Shown one piece after another: positions 1 through 10,333 of a DNA stretch of 64,000 nucleotides (its first letter is position 1; every line of letters starts with the position of its first letter). The stretch is from Verrucomicrobiales bacterium. GTDB lineage: Bacteria; Verrucomicrobiota; Verrucomicrobiia; Verrucomicrobiales; DEV007. Both the position numbers and the translations under genes were made by a program. The notes under the pieces are model-generated. The model made no database searches and was not told where the DNA came from. It was given only the letters and a program-made list of their open reading frames with translations. The stretch is taken from NCBI GenBank assembly GCA_965224535.1, contig CBDCZR010000019.1, positions 271,527 to 335,526 of the forward strand, in the 5' to 3' direction.

Positions 1-368
1 TGAATTCAGACCACGGAATTTGCCCCGCGGTAGGATTGCCGTCCGGATCGACAACGGTCTGATAGCGCAAGGTCATCGTTTCAAGAATAGTTCATCGGAC
101 TCGATCTTCCAGCGCACGTGTCGCCGTCGTTGAACTGGGCGAGATAGGCCGGCAATTTGTGAGGTTGTGGTTGTTTTTGTGGCCAAGGAGCCTATGATTT
201 TTTTGTTCAAGAGCACTTGCCGAAGTCCTCGAAGAACTGCCGAATCTCTCGCGCGAGGGACTGGCCAGCCTTTTGAAATTGTCTCCCGCCGCCAACGGCA
301 AATCGCGCTGGCTCTACGCTCACCCGGCGGGCCCGGACCGGAACGACCTAACCATCCTGCTCAGCCCG

Positions 369-1463
369 CTACGGCCACCACTCCTTGGCCATTCTCAAAC
401 CGCGCTCCCACAGGCTGTCCGGCCGCGGCTCTACGATCACCGAGTGGGTGGATTTGTCGATGCGAAGGCGGTAGTCCGGCCAAGCCTCGCGACACTCCCT
501 CAGCAATTGGTTCGGGGTGACCGTTCGCGACGTTTCGGCGTATTCCGGCCAAAAATACGGGATCGATCCCGGCGGTAGGTTGGCGTTCATCTCGGCGGCT
601 TGCACGGCGATTCGCAGCTTTTGGCTGGGTAGGGCGCTTCGAAAGGCGGGAATCTCGACCTCCAACAAATTTTGCGTCGAACGCGGGTTTGGCATCCCCG
701 TGAGGTGGGCGATTTGGAACCAGACGTGGGCGCGTTTTGGGTAACAAACCAGCTCAGCCGGTTGGCCGTTGAATTCCGCCAAATGGGCCGCTTGAATTCG
801 CGGAACGCGCTCAAACCAGGCGGGCTGGGACCAGGGCGCCGGATCGCCGGAGTCGCGGTTGCGAAATCGGCAATTTGCCGCCCAAACCGCGGGACTGACC
901 CTGCCGAGGATGAAACGCTGCCTGGACGGGGTAATGTCCCAGGTTTCCCCGCGCCGGCCGACCTCGCGGACCGTTCCCGGGCCGGTGGTGATGAACTGAA
1001 ACCGCACGCCGCACGGCAGCAGGCATTGCTCGCCGGGTTGGGTGGGCAGGGGTGCAGTTTCCGCCGCGCCGCAGGGCAAGCGAAGCACGATGCCGAGAGG
1101 CGTGTCGTGCCAAATTTCCAGCGGAACGTCGAGGACAGGTTTCCCGCGTTTTTGCACGTCGATTACGCGGCCCACGGGGTGATGGGTGCGGCTGTCGAAG
1201 ACCTGGGCGGTTCGATTCCAGAGATTCGTGCCCAATCCGGCAAAAACCAGCCGCAGGATCGGGGAATTGGGGATGGGAGGCGGTTGGAAGCGCAAAATCT
1301 CCTCCGGCGCGGGTTTTGGCTCCCCGGTTATGGGGTCGAAGAAGCGGAACTGCGGCGATGCGTCGCCAGGGACCCATAATCCCGCCATTTCCAGCCGAAT
1401 GACGTAGCCGCCCGGCAATTTGGCTTCGCCGTTTTCGTTAGCGTCGATGGTGGTTGCGCCCAC
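369..1463 (-). CDS. hypothetical protein, no recognisable domain. A short ORF with a signal-peptide-like start (1525..1821, -, '...LAGLVLSGC...') lies immediately upstream and could be its N-terminus displaced by a frameshift.
   Basis: 364-aa ORF with host-like GC-rich codon usage and varied composition; no motif recognised. Confidence 0.4.
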   Translation of the reverse strand: MGATTIDANENGEAKLPGGYVIRLEMAGLWVPGDASPQFRFFDPITGEPKPAPEEILRFQPPPIPNSPILRLVFAGLGTNLWNRTAQVFDSRTHHPVGRVIDVQKRGKPVLDVPLEIWHDTPLGIVLRLPCGAAETAPLPTQPGEQCLLPCGVRFQFITTGPGTVREVGRRGETWDITPSRQRFILGRVSPAVWAANCRFRNRDSGDPAPWSQPAWFERVPRIQAAHLAEFNGQPAELVCYPKRAHVWFQIAHLTGMPNPRSTQNLLEVEIPAFRSALPSQKLRIAVQAAEMNANLPPGSIPYFWPEYAETSRTVTPNQLLRECREAWPDYRLRIDKSTHSVIVEPRPDSLWERGLRMAKEWWP

Positions 1464-1901
1464 CCGGCCGCCGTGCGAGCGAGGAGGCTCGATGAGGCGG
1501 AGGCGTTCGATCCAAACGCCTTCTTCAACAAACCATCGTCAGGCGCTCGCTGGTGGTAACTTCCGGCATGGCGAAGGGCGGGCTGGGCACCGGTTTCCGC
1601 AGGGGTTTCGGATTTCGGGCTTCAGCCCACGGTATCGGCGGCGCGAGCGGATGCGGGTTTTCGCGGTTCGCCGTGGCCGAAATGCTCCAGGGCGAGAGCG
1701 TGCCCCGGATTCCCACGGCAACGCAGCCTGACAACACCAAACCAGCGAGGATTCGGCTCAACCAGAGAGCCCAAAATGGCGCGCGTCGGCGGTTTTGCGT
1801 CACGAGCCAGTTTGCGCGCAATCGAGCCCCCTGTCCTCCAATTTCGGGTTAGGATTTCGGGCATCGAGCCTCGGCTTTCGAGTGCCAAGCTTCGGATTTC
1901 C

Positions 1902-3863
1902 TCACCGAGCATCCTCCGCGGCTTGATCGGTGGCCTGCTGCGCTTCTTCCAGCGCTTTGAGCGCCACCAACGTCGTGTTCACCCTCGGCTCGCTCAGCGG
2001 TTTGGCGGTGGTGGCGGCGATTTTTTCCACGGCGCCGTTCACCAGTTCGACGGCGGCTTGGACCCGTGCTGCGGCGACTTGGGCCTCCTTGGAGGCGGAA
2101 TCGGCGGCGGTTTTCGCGGCGGTGGCGGTGGCGACGGCTTTTTCCAGCGGCGCCAGGGTTTCGGCGGTTGCCGCGGCTTCTTTGGCCTTGGCCAGCGCGG
2201 CTTGGGCGGCTTTCAGCTTGGTTTCGGCGGCTCCGGCCGTTTTTTCGGCCTTGGCCACCGCGTTATTGGCGGCGGCAAGATGTTGGGCTACCCGGCCCTT
2301 GAGCGCCTTACTTTCGCGAACCGCCCGGCGTTCGGCGATGATGTCGCGCCAGTCGTGCAGCTCAAATCCGTCTCCCAGCCCGCCAATTTCTTTCACCAGC
2401 GCCTCGCAACGCGCGGTCCAGTGCGCCAAATCCGGTGGACCGTTCTTTTCTTCCTTGGAGCCGGGAAACACGACGTAGGTGACCTTTAGATCGCTGACGG
2501 GACGGCTGTAGGGGCTGGCTTTGGGGTTGATGGTTTGCGCCATGAAAAGGCTGGCCTCGCCAAATTTCCAGGATGGCCCGGCATCGCCGCAAATGACGGG
2601 ATAAACCTTGGAACCGTAGATAACCACCGCGTAGTCGCCGGTAGACGGTGCGTGCGAGACTTTGCCAACCTGGCGCAACATGGATAACGGCAAAACAACG
2701 AACGGATCCGCTTCGGCGATAAGATAGCTACGCACCTTGAGATCGCCAATCAGCCGGCGTAGCTCATCGCGCCGATTTTCCAGGTAGCGGTTCCGTTCCC
2801 GCGTCAAACCGACGATCTTATATTCCTCCAAGACGTCGTTGAGTTCTTTTTCCAGGCGTGGGACGAGCGGATTTGGCGTTTTTGTCTTTTTCGGCCAGCC
2901 GTATGAGGTCGTAGGCTGATAGTATCTGGAGAGCGAAATATAATCATCGATCGCCGGCATCCGGTCGCCGTCCGAGCCATCGGCAACCACGTCCATTTCA
3001 CCCTGGATCAACAACGCCTGGCGCTCAGTTTCCGGGTGGGTTAATTGCAATACCGTCTCGCAGTCAAAATAGTTGTGGCGCGTCTCCAATTTGTCCAACC
3101 GCGTCATGCTCGTTTTGATGCGATCGTTCTTCAAGCTGTAGAGCTTATCATAAAACGGGGATACTTTGCCGGTTTGGAGCAATTTCCCCAATTCCGGCAA
3201 AATTTCCGGCAATTGCGGGTTCAGCGCCGCTAGCTCGGCAACGCTTTGATTGGCTTGCGGGACGTTGATTTTGAGCTTGATCTCAAATTCGTAAGCTTCG
3301 TCGGTAATTCGCTCCTTGGTGGCGGTATCGCCTTTGCGCAGGTCTAACGTGGTTCTCACCCCCACGCCGTTGAACAACTTGGCAACGTCGTATTCCTGGC
3401 GCGGCAGCACCGTGGGGGCCGGCTTGACGTCTTGCGGCGGCTCCGGTTCATCCGGCGGCGACTTCGGTTCGACAATCGGCTTGGCAACTACGCGATTTTG
3501 CTCCGCCTGCGCCTTGGTAGCGGCCAATTCCTCCTCCAACAGCGCGATTTTTTCCCGGGCTTGCGTCAATTCCTGGCTACTGGTCCCTTCCGCTGTGTTG
3601 TTGCCTTCCAGCGCCTGGATGGTCCTGTGCACCTCGCGCTTCAACCGCGAGGCAGTGTCGGTGAAGTAGAACAAAAACGGGATGGAAACGAGGCAAACCA
3701 GGATGACCAGCAAAATCAGGTTGCCCAGCGCGTTGGAAAACGCCGAGGGCCTTGGTTGCGCGGCCGATTGCGCCGCCATCGCGGCCTGTTCCTCTTCTTG
3801 AGAGGCGTGAACTTGTGCGGCGATGGGGTTTTCCGGAGGATGGGTGGATTTTTCGTCAGCCAT
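1902..3863 (-). CDS. membrane-anchored coiled-coil protein with a putative GH75 (chitosanase)-like domain and an Ala/Lys/Glu-rich C-terminal tail
   Basis: 653-aa ORF with one N-terminal TM helix (ALGNLILLVILVCLVSIPFLFYF) and a coiled-coil stretch (LEEELAATKAQAEQN). The central segment VVIYGSKVYPVICGDAGPSWKFGEASLF has Asp and Glu nine residues apart, which I recall as the catalytic pair of GH75 chitosanases. The C-terminal 150 aa is low-complexity A/K/E-rich. Confidence 0.55.
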   Translation of the reverse strand: MADEKSTHPPENPIAAQVHASQEEEQAAMAAQSAAQPRPSAFSNALGNLILLVILVCLVSIPFLFYFTDTASRLKREVHRTIQALEGNNTAEGTSSQELTQAREKIALLEEELAATKAQAEQNRVVAKPIVEPKSPPDEPEPPQDVKPAPTVLPRQEYDVAKLFNGVGVRTTLDLRKGDTATKERITDEAYEFEIKLKINVPQANQSVAELAALNPQLPEILPELGKLLQTGKVSPFYDKLYSLKNDRIKTSMTRLDKLETRHNYFDCETVLQLTHPETERQALLIQGEMDVVADGSDGDRMPAIDDYISLSRYYQPTTSYGWPKKTKTPNPLVPRLEKELNDVLEEYKIVGLTRERNRYLENRRDELRRLIGDLKVRSYLIAEADPFVVLPLSMLRQVGKVSHAPSTGDYAVVIYGSKVYPVICGDAGPSWKFGEASLFMAQTINPKASPYSRPVSDLKVTYVVFPGSKEEKNGPPDLAHWTARCEALVKEIGGLGDGFELHDWRDIIAERRAVRESKALKGRVAQHLAAANNAVAKAEKTAGAAETKLKAAQAALAKAKEAAATAETLAPLEKAVATATAAKTAADSASKEAQVAAARVQAAVELVNGAVEKIAATTAKPLSEPRVNTTLVALKALEEAQQATDQAAEDAR

Positions 3864-3948
3864 GCGTCAATTGCGTCAATTGAGTGGGAAAGTGCGGAAA
3901 ATTCGCGTCCCCTTTGGACGTTCGCAACCCCTCAATTGCTTCATCTCC

Positions 3949-4302
3949 ATGACCGTTCAGCAACTCAACGACCAAGCTCCGTTCACCACCAAGGACGGCT
4001 CCACCATCCGCAGCATCCTGGATTCCACCAACGCGCCGGTTCGAAATCAGAGCCTGGCCGAGGCTAGCCTCCCGGCAGACTGCACGACGGATCGGCACTT
4101 TCACAAGCTCGCCGAGGAATTCTACTTTATCCTGGAAGGCGAGGGAACCATGGAAATCGACGGCGAAACGCGCCAGGTTCAAACCGGTGACGCCATTCTC
4201 ATCCCGGCAGGTTCATGGCACCAGATCCGCGCCGCCAAGAGCCTGCGTTTTCTCTGCTGTTGCGCCCCGCCTTACGCGCATGAGGACACTTACTTCGCGT
4301 AG
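3949..4302 (+). CDS. cupin-domain protein (cupin_2-like)
   Basis: Conserved cupin motifs HFHKLAEEFYFILEGEG...GDAILIPAGSWHQI. ATG at 3949 chosen; the longer ORF start at 3823 overlaps the convergent upstream gene. Confidence 0.7.
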   Translation: MTVQQLNDQAPFTTKDGSTIRSILDSTNAPVRNQSLAEASLPADCTTDRHFHKLAEEFYFILEGEGTMEIDGETRQVQTGDAILIPAGSWHQIRAAKSLRFLCCCAPPYAHEDTYFA

Positions 4303-7300
4303 TCGCGCCGGAAAAAGAGGAAGAACAACACCGGGCACAACGCCAACGTCAGCAAGGTGGCGAAACCCAGCCCGAACATCATCGCAAACGCCATGGAACT
4401 CCACATTCCACCGCCGCCGAATGCCAAGGGGCAAAGGCCGATGATGGTGGTGATGGTGGTCATGAGAATCGGCCGGAGCCGCGATTTCGCCGCGGCGACG
4501 ATGGCGTCCTCCAAGTTCAAGTCTCCATTTTCCAGCTTCGCATCCGTTTCGTCGATCAGCAGGATGGCGTTGTTGACGATGATGCCGAGAAGCGCGATCA
4601 TCCCTAACAGGGTCATAAATCCGAACGAGGAGCCGGTCAGCAGCAGGCCCGGAACCACCCCGATCATCATCGGCGGGATGGTCAGCACGATGATCGCGAA
4701 GCGGCGCAAGCTGTTGAACTGGCCGACCAGGATGAGCGCCAGCGCGCTGAGCGAAATGGGCATGGCCGCGGCGATGGATGCCTGGGCTTGGGCGCTCTCT
4801 TCTTGCTCCCCGCCGTACTCAATGCGGTAGCCGCGTGGCCAATCCGCGCTGCCGGTTAGCTTGGCCAGACGAGGCTGAATTTCCGCCAACGCGTCGCTGG
4901 AAAATCGCCCGCGCACCCTTCCCTTCACCGTCATCGTGCGGATGGTGTCCTTGCGCTGGATGGAGCCGGGCAAAAACTCGACGCCGGCCTCGGCAATTTG
5001 ACTCAGCGGGACGGTGCCCTCGCTGATGAAGATGGGCAAATCAGCGATGCGATCCGGTTTTTCGCGATAATCCTCGCGCGAGCGCATCACCATGGGAATG
5101 GCGTCTTCACCCTCGTGAAACGTGGAAAAATTCAGCCCGCTGAATTGCAGGTTCAGGCTTTCAGCGATGCTGCTGGTGGTTAGGCCCAACCGGGCGGAGC
5201 GAACGGGATCGGGATCGATGCTGACCTGCTTGACCCACGGGCCCCAGTCGTCGCGAACGTCAAACATGCCGGTTACCGCCTGCACTTCGCCAATGATGCG
5301 GTCGCGCAGGGTGTAGAGGGTGTGCATGTCAGGGCCGGAGAGGCGAATTTGGATGGGATCGCCCACCGGCGGGCCATTTTCCAGGGCTTTGGCGACAACG
5401 CGGGCCGCGGGAAGCCGGTTTTCGGCAAAATCGTGAACGCTGGCGACGAGCGCCTGGATTTCCTCCGGCTCAGCGGAATGCGTTAGGACCGAAAGGAAGG
5501 CGTAGCCTGAATTTGGCGGCTCCGGGGCCAACGCGAGATACCAGCGTGGACCGCCATCGCCAATCCAGGCCGACACGTGGCGCACTTTTTCCGCATGCTC
5601 GCCCAACAGCCAATCTTCCAGCTCGGCGACGCGTTTTTCGGTTTCGGCGATGTCCGTGCCCAAGGGCAGCTCAAAGTCGATCACGAACTGGCCGCGTTCG
5701 TTAGGCGGAAAGAAAATGTTGGGCACCTTGCTGAAGAGCATCAGTGCGCCGGCGGTTAGCAGCAAAATAAGCAGCGGGTAGGCCCAACGCATCTTGATGA
5801 GCAGGCGCAGCACTTTTTCGTAAGGCGCGTAAAGACGGTTGAGCCCGCGCCCCACCAGCGTGTCGCGCTTCAGCGGTTTGAGGAAGTAGTAGCAGCAGAG
5901 TGGGATGATGGTGACCGACAAAACCCAGCTACCCAGCAACGTAAGCGTCACAACCGCGAACAGGCTGTAGGTGAACTCGCTGGTTTCGCCGCTGGCCAGC
6001 GCAATGGTCGAAAACGCAGCGATCGTCGTCCCGCTGGCCGCCAGCAGCGGAATCATGAGGTCCTTGACCGCGCCGATGACCGCATCGCGCCGCGCTTCGC
6101 CCTGATTCAGCCGAACCAGGATCTGCTCACTGACGACCACGGCGTTGTCCACCAGCAATCCCAGCGCAATGATGAGCGCGGCGATCGACATCGTCTCCAG
6201 CGCCACGCCAAAACTCGGCATCAGCGCAAAGGCCACCAGAATCGCCGACGGAACCAGAATTCCGACGACGATCGAAATTCGCCAACCGGCGAAAAGCAGC
6301 ATCACCAGCACCACGAAGAAGAATGCCTGGCCCAGGTTAACCACGAAGCTGTTCACCGACTTGCTGATGTACTCCGGCTGGAAAAACATGCGCTCGATAT
6401 CCAGGCCAACCGGCAAATCCTGACGAATTTCGGCCAATTTCGCCTCGATGCGCTCCCCAACCTCTGTCACCACGCCGCCTTCGACCATGGATACGGCAAT
6501 GCAGACGACGCGTTGGCCGTTGAAATGCGCCAGCGCGATGGGCGGGTCTTCGTAACCGCGACGCACGTCGAAGAGATCTGCAACCCGGACGCTGGTTGCC
6601 TCACCGGGAATGGTTAGGCGGTAATTTCCCAGTTCCTCCAAATTTTCGAATTCGCCCAAGGTGACGAGGCTGTAACGCTCCGGGCCAAATCGCACGTTTC
6701 CGCTGGATGACACCGCGTTCTGGTTGTTGATGATGCCGGCGATCCGGGTTGGCGAAGCGCCGTAAGCCGCCAGCTCGCTGCTGGAGAATTCCAGGAAAAC
6801 GCGCTCCTCCTGCTCTCCGTGGAAATCGACCTTGCCCACGCCGTCGATGGCCAGGAGATCGTCGCGGATTTCTTCGGCGTGGCTGAGCATTTCTCGGTAG
6901 GCGAAGCCATCGCTGGTCAGCGCATAGATGTAGGGGTAAACGTCGCCGTAATCGTCGTCGATCATCGGCTCGTAGGCGCCAACCGGCAGGCGGACTTCGG
7001 CGATTTTGTTGCGCATGTCCGTCCAAATGTCCTCCATGTCGAAATACTCTTCGCCCACCTCCACGATGATGATGGACAGGCCGGGTTTGGAGATGGAAAT
7101 GAGGTCGGCCATCTCCGGCATTTGGCGCAGCGCCTGTTCCAGCGGCTCGGTCACCTCTTGCTCCACCTGCACCGTCGTGCGGCCCGGATATTGGGTGATG
7201 ATCTGGGCGTTTCGGATGGTGAATTCCGGGTATTCCAGGCGGCTGATGGTAAAAAACGTCGCCACCCCAAACAACAACGCCGCCACGTAGATAACGAGCG

Positions 7301-7340
7301 CCGTGCGGTTATTTTTTAGCGTAAACGCGGCTGGGTTCAT
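4290..7340 (-). CDS. RND-family efflux transporter permease (AcrB/HAE1-like), 12-TM with two large periplasmic loops
   Basis: About 1016 aa from MNPAAFTLKNN. Typical AcrB N-terminus (TISRLEYPEFTIRNAQIITQYPG) and the TM4 region LGLLVDNAVVVSE. No membrane-fusion or outer-membrane partner gene is adjacent. Confidence 0.9.
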   Translation of the reverse strand: MNPAAFTLKNNRTALVIYVAALLFGVATFFTISRLEYPEFTIRNAQIITQYPGRTTVQVEQEVTEPLEQALRQMPEMADLISISKPGLSIIIVEVGEEYFDMEDIWTDMRNKIAEVRLPVGAYEPMIDDDYGDVYPYIYALTSDGFAYREMLSHAEEIRDDLLAIDGVGKVDFHGEQEERVFLEFSSSELAAYGASPTRIAGIINNQNAVSSSGNVRFGPERYSLVTLGEFENLEELGNYRLTIPGEATSVRVADLFDVRRGYEDPPIALAHFNGQRVVCIAVSMVEGGVVTEVGERIEAKLAEIRQDLPVGLDIERMFFQPEYISKSVNSFVVNLGQAFFFVVLVMLLFAGWRISIVVGILVPSAILVAFALMPSFGVALETMSIAALIIALGLLVDNAVVVSEQILVRLNQGEARRDAVIGAVKDLMIPLLAASGTTIAAFSTIALASGETSEFTYSLFAVVTLTLLGSWVLSVTIIPLCCYYFLKPLKRDTLVGRGLNRLYAPYEKVLRLLIKMRWAYPLLILLLTAGALMLFSKVPNIFFPPNERGQFVIDFELPLGTDIAETEKRVAELEDWLLGEHAEKVRHVSAWIGDGGPRWYLALAPEPPNSGYAFLSVLTHSAEPEEIQALVASVHDFAENRLPAARVVAKALENGPPVGDPIQIRLSGPDMHTLYTLRDRIIGEVQAVTGMFDVRDDWGPWVKQVSIDPDPVRSARLGLTTSSIAESLNLQFSGLNFSTFHEGEDAIPMVMRSREDYREKPDRIADLPIFISEGTVPLSQIAEAGVEFLPGSIQRKDTIRTMTVKGRVRGRFSSDALAEIQPRLAKLTGSADWPRGYRIEYGGEQEESAQAQASIAAAMPISLSALALILVGQFNSLRRFAIIVLTIPPMMIGVVPGLLLTGSSFGFMTLLGMIALLGIIVNNAILLIDETDAKLENGDLNLEDAIVAAAKSRLRPILMTTITTIIGLCPLAFGGGGMWSSMAFAMMFGLGFATLLTLALCPVLFFLFFRRDYAK

Positions 7341-7518
7341 GTGCTGGCCTTCGGAATGGTTAGGCGAGGGCGGGTTATCTTGCAACGGTTCGGGGAGCAT
7401 TTTCAACCAACCGCGTCTGGAATTGGCTTGGCATGTAACGCGGGGAACTCGAAGACCCAAAAAATGGGCAAAAAGCGCAGATTAGCGGCAAAAAAGCCGA
7501 AAAACGGCAATCCCGTTC

Positions 7519-9186
7519 TTGATTATGGCAATTATTAAAAATATAATTCCGGGAAACGACACACTCTCACTCAAAATGCGTTCCCTCTACCAATTCAAAA
7601 AATCCGCTGCTCTTACCCTTGGCGAAACCCTGGCTGCAACAGCGGCAATCGGAATCCTGGCCTCCATTGTCGTCGCCAGCCTATCCCAATCCGTCGATGA
7701 CGTTCGCGAAATCAAACTCCTGTCCGATGCCAAGGAGCTGAATTCCGCGGTGAAGGTCTACGTAGCTAACGGCGGTAAACTCACTGGGGATGAAACCGCC
7801 CAAGAGATCATCTCCAAGCTCAAAACCCATCGCAACGCGGAGGAGCACGGACAACACGTGGGGCTGAGCGAAAGCATGATCGACAATCGACTGGCGCCGA
7901 TCATGATGTCCGACGACGAAGTGCAGAGCGATGCGCCTCGTCTCAATTGGGACGGCGAAGCGATGCGATTTACGCTCAAAAACGAGGGCCAGGGCATCAA
8001 GGGCTTTTACTTTGCCTCACCCACCCAGGTGACGGAGGAAGATCGCAACGACGGCATCTACGTCTACTCCGACCAAGACGGCTGGATTTGGGAATACGCT
8101 GAAACCGCGCCCCTCGACAAGCTGGCGCCTACGCACGTTCCGCTTCACTCGCCAGGTGGAAGCGGCAGTGGCGGATCGTCGTCGTCCGGCGGTGGTTCGG
8201 GTGGCTCCGGTAGCAGCGGATCCGGTTCCGGAGACGACGGAGAAAGTGGGAGTGGTAGCGGTGATGGAAGTGGGGACGACGGTGGTGGTGGTAGCAGCAG
8301 CAGTGGTGGCGGAAGCAGCGATGGCGGCGATGATTCCAGCGGAGGCGACGACGGCTCGGGAGGTCCCGATCCGGTTCAACTGGCGGCCCCGCTCATCTCG
8401 CCTTCCAACGGCGATCATCCGCTCAACGCCTTCCCTTTGCCGGTGGGGCTGACCAATCCTAACGACCTCAACTACTCCAAGGTGGTCTACAGCATCGACG
8501 GCTCGCCGTGGGCGGACTACAGCATCGCCACGTTCGACGTCTCCCCGCTTCAGACGGTTTCGGCCAAATCGGTGACCTTGGACCCCACGCGTTACACTGA
8601 CAGCAACGTGGTGAGCGTGCTTTATCGCGCGGTTTTGGACACCTTCAGCGGTATGGGCGGAGGTCACTTCAAAAATCCGCAAGGTCCCGCGGGAATGGAT
8701 GTCAACATCCAGTCCAGCGGAAACAACAGCCACTTTGAGTGGGGCGAAGGAGCCTATGGCAGCCCCGACAACAGCTTGGACTTCGCGGGTCAAAGCTTCA
8801 GCGACGTTACCCTGGGCGAGCAGGTGCAAGTAGGCACCCTCAGCTACTACAACGGCAGCATCTGGGCCGGAACAGAGGCCGATTCCATCACCCTGGAAGT
8901 GAACCTGGCTCTGAGCGAGCCCGAGCAAACCACGCTGACCGCGGAATTCACCTTCGATCTGGAAAACACCGAAAACACCAACGACCCGGTGGCGAGCGCG
9001 GACTTCGTTCGCTTTCAATCGCAGACCTCGCTCTCTCAGCAGTTGATCAACGGCGTGCGCTACAACATTACCTTGGAATTTGGCAGCTCGACCTCGCAAG
9101 GATTCACCTCAATCACCCAATTCCACGTCTTCGAGAATCAACAGGCCACCGCGGAACTCTTTGCGACCGTGATTGCGGAGGATTGA
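7519..9186 (+). CDS. secreted or envelope protein with a prepilin-like (class III signal) N-terminus and a 120-aa Gly/Ser/Asp low-complexity linker. The true start is probably the ATG at 7576 (MRSLYQF...).
   Basis: N-terminus KKSAALTLGETLAATAAIGILASIVVA resembles a type IV pilin or pseudopilin leader (E at +5, IGILA core) but has Ala rather than Gly at -1. GS-rich DNA spans 8160..8390. The C-terminal 300 aa has no recognised motif. Confidence 0.6.
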   Translation: MIMAIIKNIIPGNDTLSLKMRSLYQFKKSAALTLGETLAATAAIGILASIVVASLSQSVDDVREIKLLSDAKELNSAVKVYVANGGKLTGDETAQEIISKLKTHRNAEEHGQHVGLSESMIDNRLAPIMMSDDEVQSDAPRLNWDGEAMRFTLKNEGQGIKGFYFASPTQVTEEDRNDGIYVYSDQDGWIWEYAETAPLDKLAPTHVPLHSPGGSGSGGSSSSGGGSGGSGSSGSGSGDDGESGSGSGDGSGDDGGGGSSSSGGGSSDGGDDSSGGDDGSGGPDPVQLAAPLISPSNGDHPLNAFPLPVGLTNPNDLNYSKVVYSIDGSPWADYSIATFDVSPLQTVSAKSVTLDPTRYTDSNVVSVLYRAVLDTFSGMGGGHFKNPQGPAGMDVNIQSSGNNSHFEWGEGAYGSPDNSLDFAGQSFSDVTLGEQVQVGTLSYYNGSIWAGTEADSITLEVNLALSEPEQTTLTAEFTFDLENTENTNDPVASADFVRFQSQTSLSQQLINGVRYNITLEFGSSTSQGFTSITQFHVFENQQATAELFATVIAED

Positions 9187-10234
9187 TCGATCGATCCATC
9201 GGCGGTCAATCACCGGCTGGTGGCGTGCGTCCGCCGGCTCGAACGTGGCAAAATCAGCGTGCGCCGCTTCGAAAGTTTTGCCATCGCGGACCTGGATCAG
9301 CCCGTTGGCCGTCGTCAGCACGATCCGGTCGCTCGCCGGGGGTAACCTCAGGTCTCCGGCACTGAATCCGCATCCCATTCTGGTGGAAAGGATGCCCCCG
9401 TTTGAAGAAACGAGCGGTTTTATCGTTTGTTCGAAATCGGCACACGAAAACGAATTTCGCCCCGGCCATCCGGCAGAGAGGCCGTCATTTCGCCTTCACG
9501 AGCCGTGGATTGTCTGGGCGGGGTGACCCGGAAACGAAGCCCATCTCGCTGGATATCCCAAAACGGAGGAGTCGAGAACGAAACCGGCTCTGTCGCGGCT
9601 TCCAAAACGATTTTCGCTGTACCGGTGCGAGTCATGGTTCGCGGTGCTTCGGCGATGCTAATTCTTGGTTCGCCCAATTGATCGGGTAGGCCGTTTTTCG
9701 CATCTTCGTAGAGAAGCAGCAATGGATCGGGCGAAATTCCTAACGTAAGACCCTGGCCAGCGGCGTGCAATGCGGATTGGCTGCCGTCCAGGTAGATCAA
9801 ATCGACCTTTTCAACTTCTGGCAACGGGCAAAATACGTCTGTGCGGCCCTCGTCGTTCCAAAGGATCTGCAGACAGTGGCCAGCGCGATCGCGAAAGAGC
9901 GACGCAACGATTCCGTTTCGCATAACGCCTTTGCTCGACAAATTTTTTGATCGCGATGGCATTGACCGCGTGATAGTAGGTTACGGCGTCGAGCCTCGGA
10001 GCATAACGGTTGAAGCGGCAATCAAAAACGTTGTGCGAATCACCCGAACTACCGTGATTTTTCCCTCCCGGTCGGGGTAGAGTAGACCAAACCAGGAGAC
10101 GTTTCTCCACCGGCGGCGAAAAATGTGGCGACTTTCTTGATCAACTCCTGCGAAACGGCTTGTCGGGGCTGGCCTTGACTGTTGAGGCCTAGTTCGGTTG
10201 ACCAAATCGGCTTTACCACATTATATTTCTCCAT
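9109..10234 (-). pseudogene. probable multiply frameshifted remnant of a glycoside-hydrolase-like gene
   Basis: Four consecutive minus-strand ORF fragments in three frames (10049..10234, 9811..10110, 9420..9962, 9109..9378) with protein-like composition. The fragment IWSTELGL resembles a TIM-barrel GH nucleophile motif (ITELD-like). No single intact ORF exists. Confidence 0.25.
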
Positions 10235-10333
10235 CAGGCTCGTCTCAGCACCAGCCTCCTACGTCGGCTGACGCTCCGCTCGGTGAGCGTCTCTCGCTGG
10301 GCTGCTCAGCGCAAACGTTAGGCTCAAAAATAT

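Noticed and set aside
1776-2489. Plus-strand ORFs (237 aa, 182 aa) full of G/R/F/A runs
   Set aside because: They are antisense to the well-supported membrane protein 1902..3863 and have the low-complexity composition typical of shadow ORFs in high-GC DNA.
8160-8390. Possible tandem DNA repeat or CRISPR-like periodicity in the GS-rich region
   Set aside because: It is low-complexity codon repetition (ggc/agc/gat) without a fixed unit, spacer structure or nearby cas genes.
8017-9099. 360-aa minus-strand ORF
   Set aside because: It is antisense to the pilin-like/GS-rich gene. Its V/A/G/R-rich composition mirrors the GS-rich coding strand.
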